64,000 bases of DNA from Guillardia theta CCMP2712 (lineage: Eukaryota > Protista > Cryptophyta): positions 408,134 through 472,133 of the forward strand of contig NW_005434646.1 of assembly GCF_000315625.1 (NCBI RefSeq). The letters run 5' to 3'. Below, one piece after another: positions 35,463 to 47,838 of this stretch. The notes under the pieces are model-generated. The model had not been told where the DNA came from and did not search any database. It saw nothing but the letters and a program-made list of their open reading frames with translations. Position numbers and translations under genes: made by a program. Within the stretch, counting starts at the first letter, position 1; every line of letters starts with the position of its first letter.

Positions 35463-38400
35463 ATGTTCGGAAGGAGCACTTCATCAAGGTTCTCCGAGGC
35501 CAGGAGCTACACCCCTGGCCCTGGTGAGTATGATTCGAACAAGTCCCTCTCCTCCACCAAGAAAGGCTTCAGCATGGGAGTCGGCGAGAGGAAACTCCAT
35601 CGTCTGAGCGAGTTCTGCCATCTTGGTCCTGGCACGTACGCCATTAGCAGTGAAAACTCGCTCCCTGAACACAGAGCTTTGCCTGCCTCCTCGGATGTGG
35701 AATCTGCTATCAAAAGGCTGACCGGAGCATACAACAAGTACTGCGGCGGCTGCAACCCAAAGAACCCAGCGTCGAACGCAACGCGGGAAGAGATCCTAAC
35801 CATGGTCTCCAAGTTGTTCTCTGAGTGCGTGTCAGCTGTTGGGGAGGTCTCAAGAGTCAAGGGAGAGGTCGATCAACTTCAGGGGAGAGTGCACGATGAG
35901 ACGAACTTGGCGATCAAGCCCTCCAAGTCATCAGGTAACGCCGGGCTGCCTGCGGTGTGGAAGAAGATCGAGCCCCTTCAGAAGGCCTTGGGAAACGCTG
36001 GTTCCGAGCTGGAGAAGAAAGTCTTGAAGGCTAACTCGATGCTGACTTGCGTTGCGGAGGAGTTCCCAGCACTTGCATGCCTGCTGTCGGAGGATCCCAG
36101 GCTCTCGCAGCTTCATGCGAGGGTAGAGACGCTAGAGTCAGAGCTCGAGGAAGCAAACCTGCAGGTGGAAACCTTGTCCTCCCAGCTGAAACAGTTCTGC
36201 GAAGAGAAGGATGCGGTGGAGGGGATGCTGTTGGGGGTGAATCGTGAGAAGATCAAGATTGCGCAGAGGAACATGAGCCTGGAATCCATCATCCAGAAGC
36301 AGAAGACCTTCATTCAAGACCTTGAAAGCTCCCTTGACGAAGCTCGAGCTGGCCACGAACAATTCCTGGCGTCCCTGCACCAACTGTCAGCCCGGGCAGA
36401 CGACGATGCATCCCTGCACGATGAGCTGCTGGAGATGACTTGCAGATGCGAGAGGCTGATGGCCTGCGAGGAGAGCTCGTTCCAGCAGATCGCCGACTTG
36501 CAGAGGGAGCTGACTTCCTCTCTGCTCGATGCTGAGCAGGCAGCACAGGGATATCAGGTGAGGACGACTAATCTCGGTCAATGTTCCTCACTCCGTCTCA
36601 GGCTGAGATTGGGGAGATGGGGGCAAAGCATTCCGCCCTCCTGCACGAGATTTCAGGTCTAACAGAGGAGCTGATCGAGTCAGGAAGAGCCTGTCAGAAG
36701 CTTGAGGGCCAAGTGACCCTGTTGAGATCCCGGAACAACAAGCTCAAGTCCTGTTTGCACATGGCCGACCACTTCCTCCAGGTCTCTCCGCCGTGTCCTC
36801 CCATAGCCTCATCCTCCAACTGCCCTCCTTGCACCCATCTAGTTGACCGTTGACCGTCTCTCTTCACCATTGACTTTCATGTGGGAGGTGGACAGCTGAC
36901 CATTGTCGAGCAGTCTCAGGTAGCGGAGGAGCTAAAGGAAATGGAGGACTTCGATGAGCTGAGGGACGAGGATGGCACATCGAGCCTGATGGACAAGCTT
37001 GAGTTTGACATCTTTGAGAGAGCTTGTCAAACGATCCATGACCTGATGAAGGAGTGCGACGAGTGTCGGGAGGAGTTGACGGCAGCTCAAGTCATCAACA
37101 GGGAGGTTGAGATTGAGAAGTTTGCGATGGTTGAGAGCTATGAAGCATCTTTGATGTCGTACCAGAGCGAAATTAACACCTTGATGTCTGACAGAGATGA
37201 GGTGAGAATACAACGACCCTTGACAGCGATTGACTCGCTAGACAGATGATCGACAGGTTGCAGCAACTGCTTGCTCACAAGGCAGAAATGGAAGAGCGAA
37301 ACAGAACTCTCCAAGAGTGGTTGGAGGCAAAGGAAGCTGAGATTAAAACCAGCAACAAAAAGCTCTCTGAGATTTGCAATCTGTGCGCCGACACCCAGTC
37401 GAGCTTTGATCAGTTGCAAAAGACCGTCAAGCTCAAAATGGACAAGGTCCGCATCTGAATCAGCTTTAGGCAAACAACTGACTTGCTTCGAACAGGAGAT
37501 CAGTGATGTCGTGGCAAGGTATCATGACCGTGTGGAGACATGTTCAGCACAACAGAAAGAAATTTCAATGCTGAACACCTCCTTGGACCGAACCATTACA
37601 GACCTACAGATGAAACATGAGGAGAACGAAACAAACAAGCGAACCATTCAGCAAAATGAAGAAGCGATGCAGCATCTCAAGGCAGAAATTGACGAAAAAA
37701 CCGCAACAAACAATCAAACCCAAATCGAGCTGGCCCAGACCAAGGACGTCGTCGCCGCCCGAGAGGAGGAGATCGCCCAGCTTGGAGGCGAGCTGGCCCA
37801 GACCAAGGACGTCGTCGCCGCCCGAGAGGAGGAGATCGCCCAGCTCGGAGGCGAGCTGGCCCAGACCAAGGACGTCGTCGCCGCCCGAGAGGAGGAGATC
37901 GCCCAGCTCGGAGGCGAGCTGGCCCAGACCAAGGACGTCGTCGCCGCCCGAGAGGAGGAGATCGCCCAGCTTGGAGGCGAGCTGGCCCAGACCAAGGACG
38001 TCGTCGCCGCCCGAGAGGAGGAGATCGCCCAGCTCGGAGGCGAGCTGGCCCAGACCAAGGACGTCGTCGCCGCCCGAGAGGAGGAGATCGCCCAGCTTGG
38101 AGGCGAGCTGGCCCAGACCAAGGACGTCGTCGCCGCCCGAGAGGAGGAGATCGCCCAGCTTGGAGGCGAGCTGGCCCAGACCAAGGACGTCGTCGCCGCC
38201 CGAGAGGAGGAGATCGCCCAGCTCGGAGGCGAGCTGGCCCAGACCAAGGACGTCGTCGCCGCCCGAGAGGAGGAGATCGCCCAGCTTCAAGGCTCGCTGT
38301 CTTGCATGGAGCAGAAGCTGCAGGAACTTTCACAGAGCCTCTCCCGACTTGATCATGAGCTGAAGGAAAGAGACCAAATTATCACAGAAGTCGAGGAGCA

Positions 38401-39919
38401 TTTGAAGAGGGCCTGGGAGGACTCCTTCGCTCAATCACAGGCTGTGCAGGGTTCGTGCGGTCTGCTAATGGATGAAGTGAATGAGATGAGGCAAGCGATC
38501 TTGTTGACCTCTGACCTTCTTGCCAACGAGCTTGCGGCCCTTGACAACGACTTGACGTGGAAGACAGCAGAGTGCGACGACGTGAGGAAGACGCTACTTG
38601 CGAGGGAGGCGGAGCTGACGAGAGGGATGGAGGAGATGAGGGCGAGGCTGGAGGACGAGCTGGCAGGCAGAGCGGCCGACCTGCAGGAAGCCCACATCCA
38701 GCTTGCCATGCTGCAAGAGACTGTGAAGGAGAAGGAAGTCGAGAGGAGGCAGCTGGAGCAGCAGGTGGAGGAGTCGCACTCGGCAGTTGTCAAGATGTAC
38801 GCAGACACAGACATGCAGCTCAAGGCGCTGGGAAGCTCGTCCTGCGGGCCCCCATCGTCCAACTCGAGGCTTGCGGCTCTGCAGGTCTGTACAGGGGAGA
38901 AGACCAGATTAGGGGGGGAGGAGGGGAGGAGGGGAGGGGATACGGAGTGACGGCCGAGAGGGTCCATGGCTGACGCGGATAGCAGGCTGAGCTGGAGTCC
39001 TCAATGATGGAGAGGCAGGAGTGCCTGCGGGCAATGCAAGTGCTGCGGGAGAAAGAGCAGCAGGCGACAGAGAAGAGCTTCCAGATGAAGGAGGAGCTAG
39101 AAAAGAACCTGCAGGAGCGAGCGTCGATGACGTCGAGGATGGAGCAGTTGGAGAAGGAGAATGCAAAGCTCACGCAGGAGAACATTCAGGCATGGAGAGG
39201 GGAGAAGAGGGAGCGAGAGGAGAGGGGGGGGGGGGAAGAGGAGAGGAGAGGAGAGAGGGAGGGAGAGACCTTTGGGTGCTGGCTGACTGGCAGCAGCTTG
39301 TAGGCCATCAGAACTTGAAGCAGAAGATTCAGATGCACGCCAAGGTGAAGGAGGAGAACAACCAGCTGAAGAAGGAGAAGGCAGCATTCGAGAAGATCGT
39401 CGCCCAGCAGAAGAAGGTGATCGAGAGGATCACGCAAGCTGCGGGAGGGAACGAGCAAGACAAGGAGAACTGCCTCCTCTTCAAGATCGACCAGGAGGAG
39501 CAGCTACAGGTGAGCTGGCGGCTGCAGCCGACGAGCTGCTGAAGTCTGCGAGCAGGAGAGCCTGAGGGAGGCGGAGAACGAGAGCAGAGCCCACCGCACC
39601 CACTTGCTCACTCTGCTGCACCAGCTGCACGGGATGAAGGTGGAAGAGGCGCAGGAGGACATCCTGTCGGAGCTGCTGCAGGACACAAGGAAGCTCGGAG
39701 GGAGGAAGGACTGGAGCCAACTGATGAACGCTGCTGGTCGACTGCTGGAGCAGATCAGCCAGCGGCAGCAGCAGCAGCAGCGGGAGATCGAGGGAGCGAA
39801 CCTGAAGATCAAGCTGGTGAGGCCCAGCTGCGGTTGTTAGCAGTTGGAGTTTGACTTTTTTCTTTTGGCAGCTGGAGCAGGGGGCCCGAATCCTCAAGGC
39901 AAACCTGGGGTCGAGCTGA
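35463..39919 (+). CDS. HMMR: HMMR/RHAMM-like long coiled-coil spindle protein, multi-exon
   Basis: N-terminal SRF...TPGPGEYD and C-terminal LVGHQNLKQKIQMHAKVKEENNQLKKE match the two conserved ends of HMMR (the C-terminal motif is shared with KIF15); no kinesin motor seen. Confidence 0.78.
37727..38287 (+). repeat. Coding 63-bp minisatellite x ~9 (ELAQTKDVVAAREEEIAQLGG)
   Basis: Units are identical apart from one synonymous CTT/CTC position. Confidence 0.97.
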
Positions 39920-39992
39920 GAAGGAAATCATTTGAATGACTTTGACAAACTAACTACCCCACTATTCAATTAAACTTAAGAGACACCTTTAG

Positions 39993-42900
39993 TCATGCTA
40001 ACTGACATCGTCAGTCGATCCGAATGACATCGTCAGTCCTGATGATTGACATACTTCTTTCAGCCTGGCTCCATAAAGGGATCGAGGGGAACGTTCGGGT
40101 TGGCCCCGGTGACGAACTCTATAAGGTCGACGGCAGCGTCCCTGACCGGCTTGGAGATCTTGGGCTCTAGCTGGGGATCCTCCAGGAACTTTCCGAAGTT
40201 TTCGACGATGAAGTCGCAGAGGTTGGGGAAGCGAGCGTCTGAGAAGATAAGGCGCTTGAAGAAGACAATAAGGGCCTGTTCAACGTGTCAAACTTGACAT
40301 GAGGGAGGGGGAGAGGGGGACGGGGACCATGTTCTCGGAGACATCGTGTCGGAGAGGGAAGGAGTCGAAGAACAACTTGATCTAGACTGTGTGTCAGTCT
40401 CTTGCCCCTCAGAAAACTTTCTTCCGCACCGCCTGGTCGCCTTTTTCCACATTAACGAAGAAGAACCTTGAGCAGAGCAATCTGGACAGACTTGCTACCT
40501 GGTTGCTGATGTGAGTAGAGAGGGAGGGGATGAGTTTACCACAAGAATGACGAGGAGATGGTTGGGGGAAAGTAAGGAATGTAGGATGAAAGGTAGGAAT
40601 AGGAAGGGAGCGGCGGAGGAGGGGATGCAGGTGGGAATTCAAAGATCGAGAGGGAGATTAACTCACAATGTTGTCTCGAGCGAAGCCGCTGATTTCCTTT
40701 ACGTCGGTGAGCTTGAGAAGAAGATCAAATATTCCATAGCAAGCCCCGATGGTTGTTTTCTCAGACTGCGAGTTGTTGTCAGTGCAGCTGCCTCCTCCCT
40801 CCTCCCTCCTCCCTCCTCCCTCCTCCCTCCTCCCTCCTCCCTCCTCCCTCCTCCTTCTCCTCCTCCTCGTCCCTTCTCTCTCTCCTCCTACGTGAGTTGC
40901 GATGATTCCACAGCAGGCAGCAGCGTTCTGCACGAGTCGCATGTCGACGTCATCCCCCTTTCCACTCGAAAACTTTGACAGGATGCTTGTCAGGCTGGAG
41001 TTGAGCACAGGAATCATGTAGTAGGAGTATCGGTCGAGGGGGAGACTGCTCTTCGACACAGCTATGTCGGTGAAGACAATTCCAACCGCTCCTAGCGCCA
41101 ACCTCTGCATCCACATGGGTTGGTGAGACGATGACCACTCAAGGAAATTCGGGAAAACTTCGTCAAAGAAGTTACGAAAGAGTTTTGAGTTCGAGGTGCC
41201 TTCCCGCATTTCAAGCTCCTCCTTGGTCAACCGATGCTCCTTCCAGAGCTTTGAGATCATGCAGACGGCGTGGAGCAGACTGGAGAAGAGATACTCGACG
41301 TTGTCGAACTCCAAAGCGATGGAAGCCTCGATGTTGTGGTCCATGATTTGCTTCATCACTTCCGTGACCTTCTCGAGATAATCCTTCATGAAGTTCCATC
41401 GCACCATCTCAAAGATCCCGACGAGCGTTCGACAAGCGATACCCGTCAGTTCTCCTTCGCTGCTCTTCCGCATGATTTGCAGCACAGAGTGTATAGCCTC
41501 GTCTGCCAAGTTCTCTGAGACGGCGTGGAGGGCAGGAGGCTGCCTTTCATCAAGCGAGGGACGAGACCAGTAAGTCACCGCGAAGGTGACGAGGGTCTGG
41601 ACGGTCCACAGACACTCCTTGCAGATCTGAAGGTTGCGAATTTGGAGCATGCTGATGATGGATTTGAAGATGCCCCTGAGGTGCGGCGAGAAGCTTTCTC
41701 CCAGGTTCTCAGCTAACACCTGCAGCTCGTGGTCAGTTGGGGCAGAAAACCTTCTGAGCTGCCCTACCCTGCACAGCTTCACAGCGTTCGCCTTCTCCTC
41801 GTTGGATTTCTCGCCAGTGTCCTTCGCTCGCTGAACCACCTTGTTCAGCTCCGCCTGGGAACAGATAAACTCGCCGAGTCTTCACGGTCAGGTGTACCTG
41901 ATCGACATCATCAGCCTTCCCCTGGTAGATATAGTCTTCCAGGGTCTGGGAAGGATCCAGGCAAGCTTTCAACGGTGGAATGACCTGCACCAACGTCGTC
42001 AAGTCTCTTTCCTGTCATCTGTCGCATCGATGAACATCGCCATCTTACAATGTCCAGGAAGGGCTGGAACGCCTGCTGGAGGACGGAGATCACATCAGCA
42101 AGCGACTCCAGCGCTGCTTCTCTTAGGATCGTTTCTTTTTCGGGGCCCATGAACGCCATCAGGATCCTCTCCATGCAGAGGAAGGAGTACTCCTTGAGCG
42201 TCTTCGAGCTGCTCCGAGTGAGGAACTTCCCGAGGCTCTTCACGCATTCCGCACGGATCAACATGTCGTCAAGTTCATCCTCCTTGCCTTGCGAGTGATT
42301 TGCCAGCTTGTCATAAAGATTTCCAACTGCCGTGATAGACTTCTCCATCGTCTCGTCGGCCAGCTCGAAGGAGGCAATGATGCAGCAGAGGCACTTGAGC
42401 GCTCGATCGTGCAGAAGCAACTTGTCGGAGGCGAACTGCTCGAACAAGAACGTGAGGACTTTGGGAACGTAGTCGACCAGGGATGGACAAGAAGCTTTGG
42501 CTAGGCTCTCTATAAACTCGAGAAGGAGGCTGCAGGTTTTCCCGTGGGTCTCTATGTGCAGATTTGAGACAACAAACATGAGAATGTTTTCGTCCAGGTC
42601 CGACCGGATCTCTTCCGGAAATGAGTTGACAAATGAGCAGAACGTCTGGAAGACATAGCCACTGATTTCTTTGGCGTCTATCAAGTGTCTGTTTGATAAA
42701 ATGTTCAAAGTTCGACTAACCTGCGGCCGTAACGTCAAATTACGTAGGGAAGTGGAATATACATCAGACCAAATTCGCTTCTCTCAAGCCATCAGCCGAT
42801 GATTTCCCGTAACAAAAACTTTCAATGAGCATGATCCGAAGAAGCATTGATTTCATCTTGTCCGTCTCTTTCTCCCACTGCTCGTCCTCTTCGCCTTGGA

Positions 42901-44775
42901 CGTATCTGAAAGCCAGCAGTGTCGCATTCTTCGAGGACTTTGAGTCCATCAGCTTTCCTAAGAGCATCTTATACTCCGGGATTAATGTTGAGTTGTCAGA
43001 TCTGTATGTTTCCAAAGTGGAGCTTCCTTCCTCAAACTCTCCGTCGTCATCAAACGCATCTATGTTTCCCTCGTGGTCGGTGGACAACACGTCACAGATT
43101 TGTGCTACCTCCAAATCCTTGAAAACAGCCTCGAGCTGCCTTACCACCCTTGCAAGAATGTTTCCAACCAGCTTTCTTTCCTCAACAGCGTCTCCTCGTA
43201 GAGATGCGATCTCAGCCAACAAGAAGATCGCCTTCTTCCTCGCGGTCGAGCTCACCTCAGGAGCTTCTGAAGCCCTGAAGGCCAACTCAATCTGGACAGC
43301 AAAGGCTGGTCAACGAATCGAATGATCATCCACAAAACGTTACGATGTCATCAAGCCGTGCAATGTCAAATAGAGCCCAGCAGTACGTGAACACTTCGAC
43401 GTAGAAATCAACGCAAGAGAGAATCATTTTCGAATCTTTCTCGTGGACCTGCGATCGTTACCATTCAGCTGGTGAGAGATCAACATTCAGATCTTCTACC
43501 GCTCTTGAAAAGGTCTTATGGGACATTTCCAGCATGGAGTACTTGAGATTATATTGCTGTCCTCTAACGGATCGCGGGAGATTGGATTCAACATCAGCGG
43601 TTCCACAGCAACAATAAGGCACACCTTGTCATGAGATTGAGGGCCAGCTTGATGCCCTTTTTCCTTACAAGGTTGTGATACTGAGGGCTTCAAACGTGAC
43701 AACCAGAAGCATCAGGAGTCGATACAACTCACGTGTGACATGGATTCTATGGCAGCCTCAGAGAGCTGGTCAACGTAACCTCCCATCTCATCGGCCCCAG
43801 CGTCAAAGATATCCGAAATTCTGCAATATCAGGTGGTTCATGATTCGTGCAACGCAGACAAGACACTTGGAATACAGTTCCAGCGCAATGCTCCGCAAGG
43901 GTAACTGCTCATGTTTTGACAATTCGAACAACTGCAAAGCTGTGAGATCGACGAAGTATTCTGATAAATCAACCGTGAATTTCTCACCTTTTTCATCGTG
44001 GAATGGAAAAATGTGAACGATGACGAGACGCCAGCCGATTCACCTATCAAAGCTGCCAACTGCAATGGAGGATTCAATTCAAATTTCTCTCGAAAAACAA
44101 TCCGGACCGCTCTGCTGAGCTTCAAAGACGCTAGCGTTGAATCTTGAAAGAGTGCAGTATATACTTCTTCTTGGAAATTCTCTTTCTGTTTGTCATCTAG
44201 AACAGGCCAGAACTCTTGGATCCTTCTCCTGAGGATCTGAAAAAGCTCCCCTCAGCGAACCATAGAGCATTGGAACAGCTCTCAATGCTACTCACTACTG
44301 CAGCTAGCTGCCTGATGTCAACACTGAGCTTGTTGGTCACTGCGCAGTTGAGCAGGTTTTGGACAAATTTCGGTTGTTTCAGGTTGAGCTCAATCTTGCT
44401 TTCTGCTTCCTCAATCAACTTGTTGTCTCCGGCCAAGATGTCTTCCAGCACCGCTAGGATGTACTCCCTGCTACAGGCATCGTTGTGCGGACCATTTCCA
44501 CCTCGCAACCGAAACTGCAACCACATCATGTTCGTTTCTCCTTGATGGAAATGAATCTTGCAAGACCTCACAAACGCAAGTGCACTGGTGTCGCCCCTTG
44601 AAGGGAAAGAGAAGTCCAGTCGGAGAGTAAGGGTGCATGGCAGGAGGAGCAAGAGCAAGAAAATCAGCAAAGCGTTTCGTTGCCTCCGGAATCCCCGAGA
44701 GGGCGTGGAGGAAGAAGAGAGTATGCGATGAGAGCAGGGACCAGCAGATGTGCATGGAGCTCCTACGAAGCTCAT
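39993..44775 (-). CDS. Importin-beta family (importin-4/5-like HEAT repeat) protein with an N-terminal targeting extension, multi-exon
   Basis: IBN_N-like VLEDILAGDNKLIEEAESKI..DIRQLAAVV; IRAECVKSLG; EEKANAVK; ARDNIVS; SFPLRHD; HEAT-repeat periodicity. Confidence 0.82.
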
Positions 44776-45413
44776 GGCTGCGCCTGCCTTTTATCCAGAT
44801 ACCATTGCGACTCGTAAAAAACGCAATTCATCGCCCTCTTGCATCTGCACCTTTGTCGGCCAGTTTGTCGGCCTTTTGAAAGTTGTCGGGCCGGGCTCCG
44901 ACTCGGAGCCCGCCAGGCGGCTCGGAGGCTCCAGCACTGAGGGCTCCCGGAGTCCAGGCTCGGTCGGGTTCACTCATGCCACCAGGCTCCGAGGCTCACT
45001 GCCAGGCTGAGTCAGTCAATGAGTCACTGGATGTGTCGGGGGAAGCCGGGAGGAAGTCGGGAGGTAAAACTACAAAGTCAGGTCACGAAACCGGATTGTT
45101 ACCCGATTTTTAACTTAACTTTGAACCGGATTGTTACCCGATAGTATGCGTCTTGCAATTACTCAGGGCTCAGAATTGCTTCCGGGATCGTCCAGACCGT
45201 TACGCCATGTCATTTTCCGTTCCACGGCTAAGTCATTTTCCGTTCTCAACGGTCGACCACTTGGCGTATACTCTGTTCTCATCAGGTGAAGGACAAGCTA
45301 GAGTGAGGGATAACAAACATCGCGCAGCCGCTGGGTGCTTGAAAGACTGCCAGGCTGTGATCACAGACTCTGAGACATTGATAGCGTGAGACAGCCTGAG
45401 GGAAACAGAAGCA

Positions 45414-45587
45414 ATGGCCGCCTTTCTTATATCCGACGTCTTCATCCGGTTTGCTGGAGGGCTGGTGGTTTTCATGCTCATGATGCCTATCATCGCAAAG
45501 GTTATTCACGTGATACGAGCTCAAGTCAGGAAAGCACTGTTCGCTATGAAAGAAGACGAGGATAGCGAAGACGAAAGCGAAGCATGA
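45414..45587 (+). CDS. 57-aa single-TM microprotein (or last exon), copy 1
   Basis: MAAFLISDVFIRFAGGLVVFMLMMPIIAKVIHVIRAQVRKALFAMKEDEDSEDESEA*. Confidence 0.55.
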   Translation: MAAFLISDVFIRFAGGLVVFMLMMPIIAKVIHVIRAQVRKALFAMKEDEDSEDESEA

Positions 45588-47838
45588 GCAGTATAAGCTT
45601 CAAACTCGTCCAAATGGAATCCAAAGGAAGTTGCTTGTAATGGGTGCACCATTCCAGCCTGATACTCTGAAGACTTGCACCAGCTGAAGAGACTGATTCA
45701 AATCATTGTCTTTAGCCGATGATTGTACTGTTTCACCGTAGATTCAGAACGATTTCGCTCCTCATCTTAAAAACCCGCTGGAAGAGTTGATCAGTTACCA
45801 GCTGGACCAACGCGTCACGGCAGGGAGAAACTTGGGCACAGAGGGAGGAACTTCGGAAGGCTGCTCTGGAACAATAGACTTCGCCTGTAAGGCTCTTGTA
45901 GTCACGGCTCTTGAAAGTCACAGAAAATGAAAGTCTTCTTTGCGTATCTGTGACATCATGTAACCGATGATTTGTGTGAATTGATTTCATTACAAACATT
46001 TGCGTACATGAAAACGTTTTACCCCCAATCATTTCGAGACAGCGATACTCGCTGATGTGAGTCACCTGCAGTTGTACTTGTCGATGAAAAAGGTTACATG
46101 GGCCTACCAACCGTTGAGCCCTCCATACCCTTGTCCATGCAGCAGCCGCATCCCTCAGCCAGCGCTCGTTGCCATACACGTTGAGCGGCGATGGAGCTTG
46201 AGCAGGGAGAAGCTTCGGATATCGTTGGGGTTGACGTATGGTAGCCTCTTGATAGGACCTCAAGACCTACCCAAGCAGCTTCGCCCGACAAGGCTCGAAG
46301 TCAACTTTTTTCGATTTTTCGTCATGCCGATCAATGAATTGACGAGAGGCAACAGATTTCCACTCTAAAGAATCGAAGCATTTGATCAATGCTTGCAGAA
46401 ACATCAAAGAATGAATTGCACAACAGTTGGATCAAGCAACGAATCGACGAGAGGAAGTAAGAAATGGTTTTGTAGCTATCCCCTAGAAGCCCATCGGCAG
46501 CCGTCTAAGGCTCTTACTTTGTGCAGCCCGTGGCAAAGGAGAGGAGAATCCTCCGACGAGCGTTTGAAACAGAGGTTGAAGCAGAGCCTCAAGGTGAAAG
46601 TTTCGGGTCGGACCCAAATATCGATCCCCTCACCCCACGCATTCCGGGAATAACATGGGGAGAGCTCTTGTCAAAGGAAAACAGCGTCGATAGCATCTTC
46701 GAGGCAGGAGACAAGAAACTTGTGAACGAAGTTTGCGTCAGCATGATTGTGCAAGCTGACTGAAGTGAAGATCCTGCGGACGATTGCCGGATAAAGTAAT
46801 CTATGCTTGTCCTCCTTTTCAAATGAACGCAAAAAGATACCTTTGAAAGACAGGGCATGGCATTGGAAGGGAAGCCTGATGTGCCATCATCTTTGTGCGA
46901 ATGAATATTTTGATTCGGAAGGATACACCAGCAGTGCGTGTGAGCAACGTAGGAAAACAGCCATTCCAACAATTTCTCAAGATGCGCTTGCTGGCAAGAA
47001 GTCATGTAGAAGGATCTAATCATGGCACATTAGAGTGATGATGATGTGTTGTTGATGATGATGAGGTGGAGGTGAAGCATTGATAGGATTTTATAGTGCT
47101 AGCTTTACTTACTTTATTTTGAGGTATCTGAGGCAGATTCCTAGTTTAGCTAATCCTCTATACTTAAGGAAAACCGAGAAAGAATAAACTTCACGTGCAT
47201 GGTTTACGGATTGTAGATGCTGTCTGTTTCTCGAACGAATTGCCTGGGATTTCTGGTTTGGTGAAATCTGGAATGTCAAAGTTTGGGACTTTCATGAGAG
47301 ATACCATGAGGGGTTCTCCAGAAAGAATCAATACTTGTGAACGGGAGAGGTCTGAGATCTGTGAGGTACAATCTTGTGTGCCAGGATCGGGGCAGACAGG
47401 TATGGACGTGGCGTGGACATAGCGCCAAAAACATTGAGAATGGATGATGTACAACAAAAACCGTTCTTGGGAAGAATGGACGATGTACAACAAAAGCCGT
47501 TCTTAGGAAGGGCAACTAATCGGGATGTCCCAGAAGAGAACGATGAATTGCGTGCGAATTGTCAAACGTTGAGTCGACTAGTACATGTTATTCGTATGGA
47601 AAATGGAACAAATTGAGCGAACCCATGAAGTACTTCCAGAGCAAATGCTGTTGGGGACTTAAGCTTGTTTGGCACAACATCAGATGGTCGTTCGTTTTGT
47701 ACCGAATGAGGACGAAACTGATTGCTTCGATCTTGGCTGTAATTGGACAAAGCTTTGCCGGCGCCGGCGGTTACGCCGGGGTTGCGCCGGATACTGGAAA
47801 TCCTCATTCTCTCTGAGGCGGACTGGGTTGAGTGCTGG

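Noticed and set aside
37727-38287. CRISPR-like array
   Set aside because: Contiguous identical units with no unique spacers, in frame within a coiled-coil exon, in a eukaryotic context. The same applies to the 30-bp repeat at 2013-2146.
45733-46263. 176-aa minus-strand ORF in segment A
   Set aside because: Disrupted differently in each copy by indels, with no recognisable domain.
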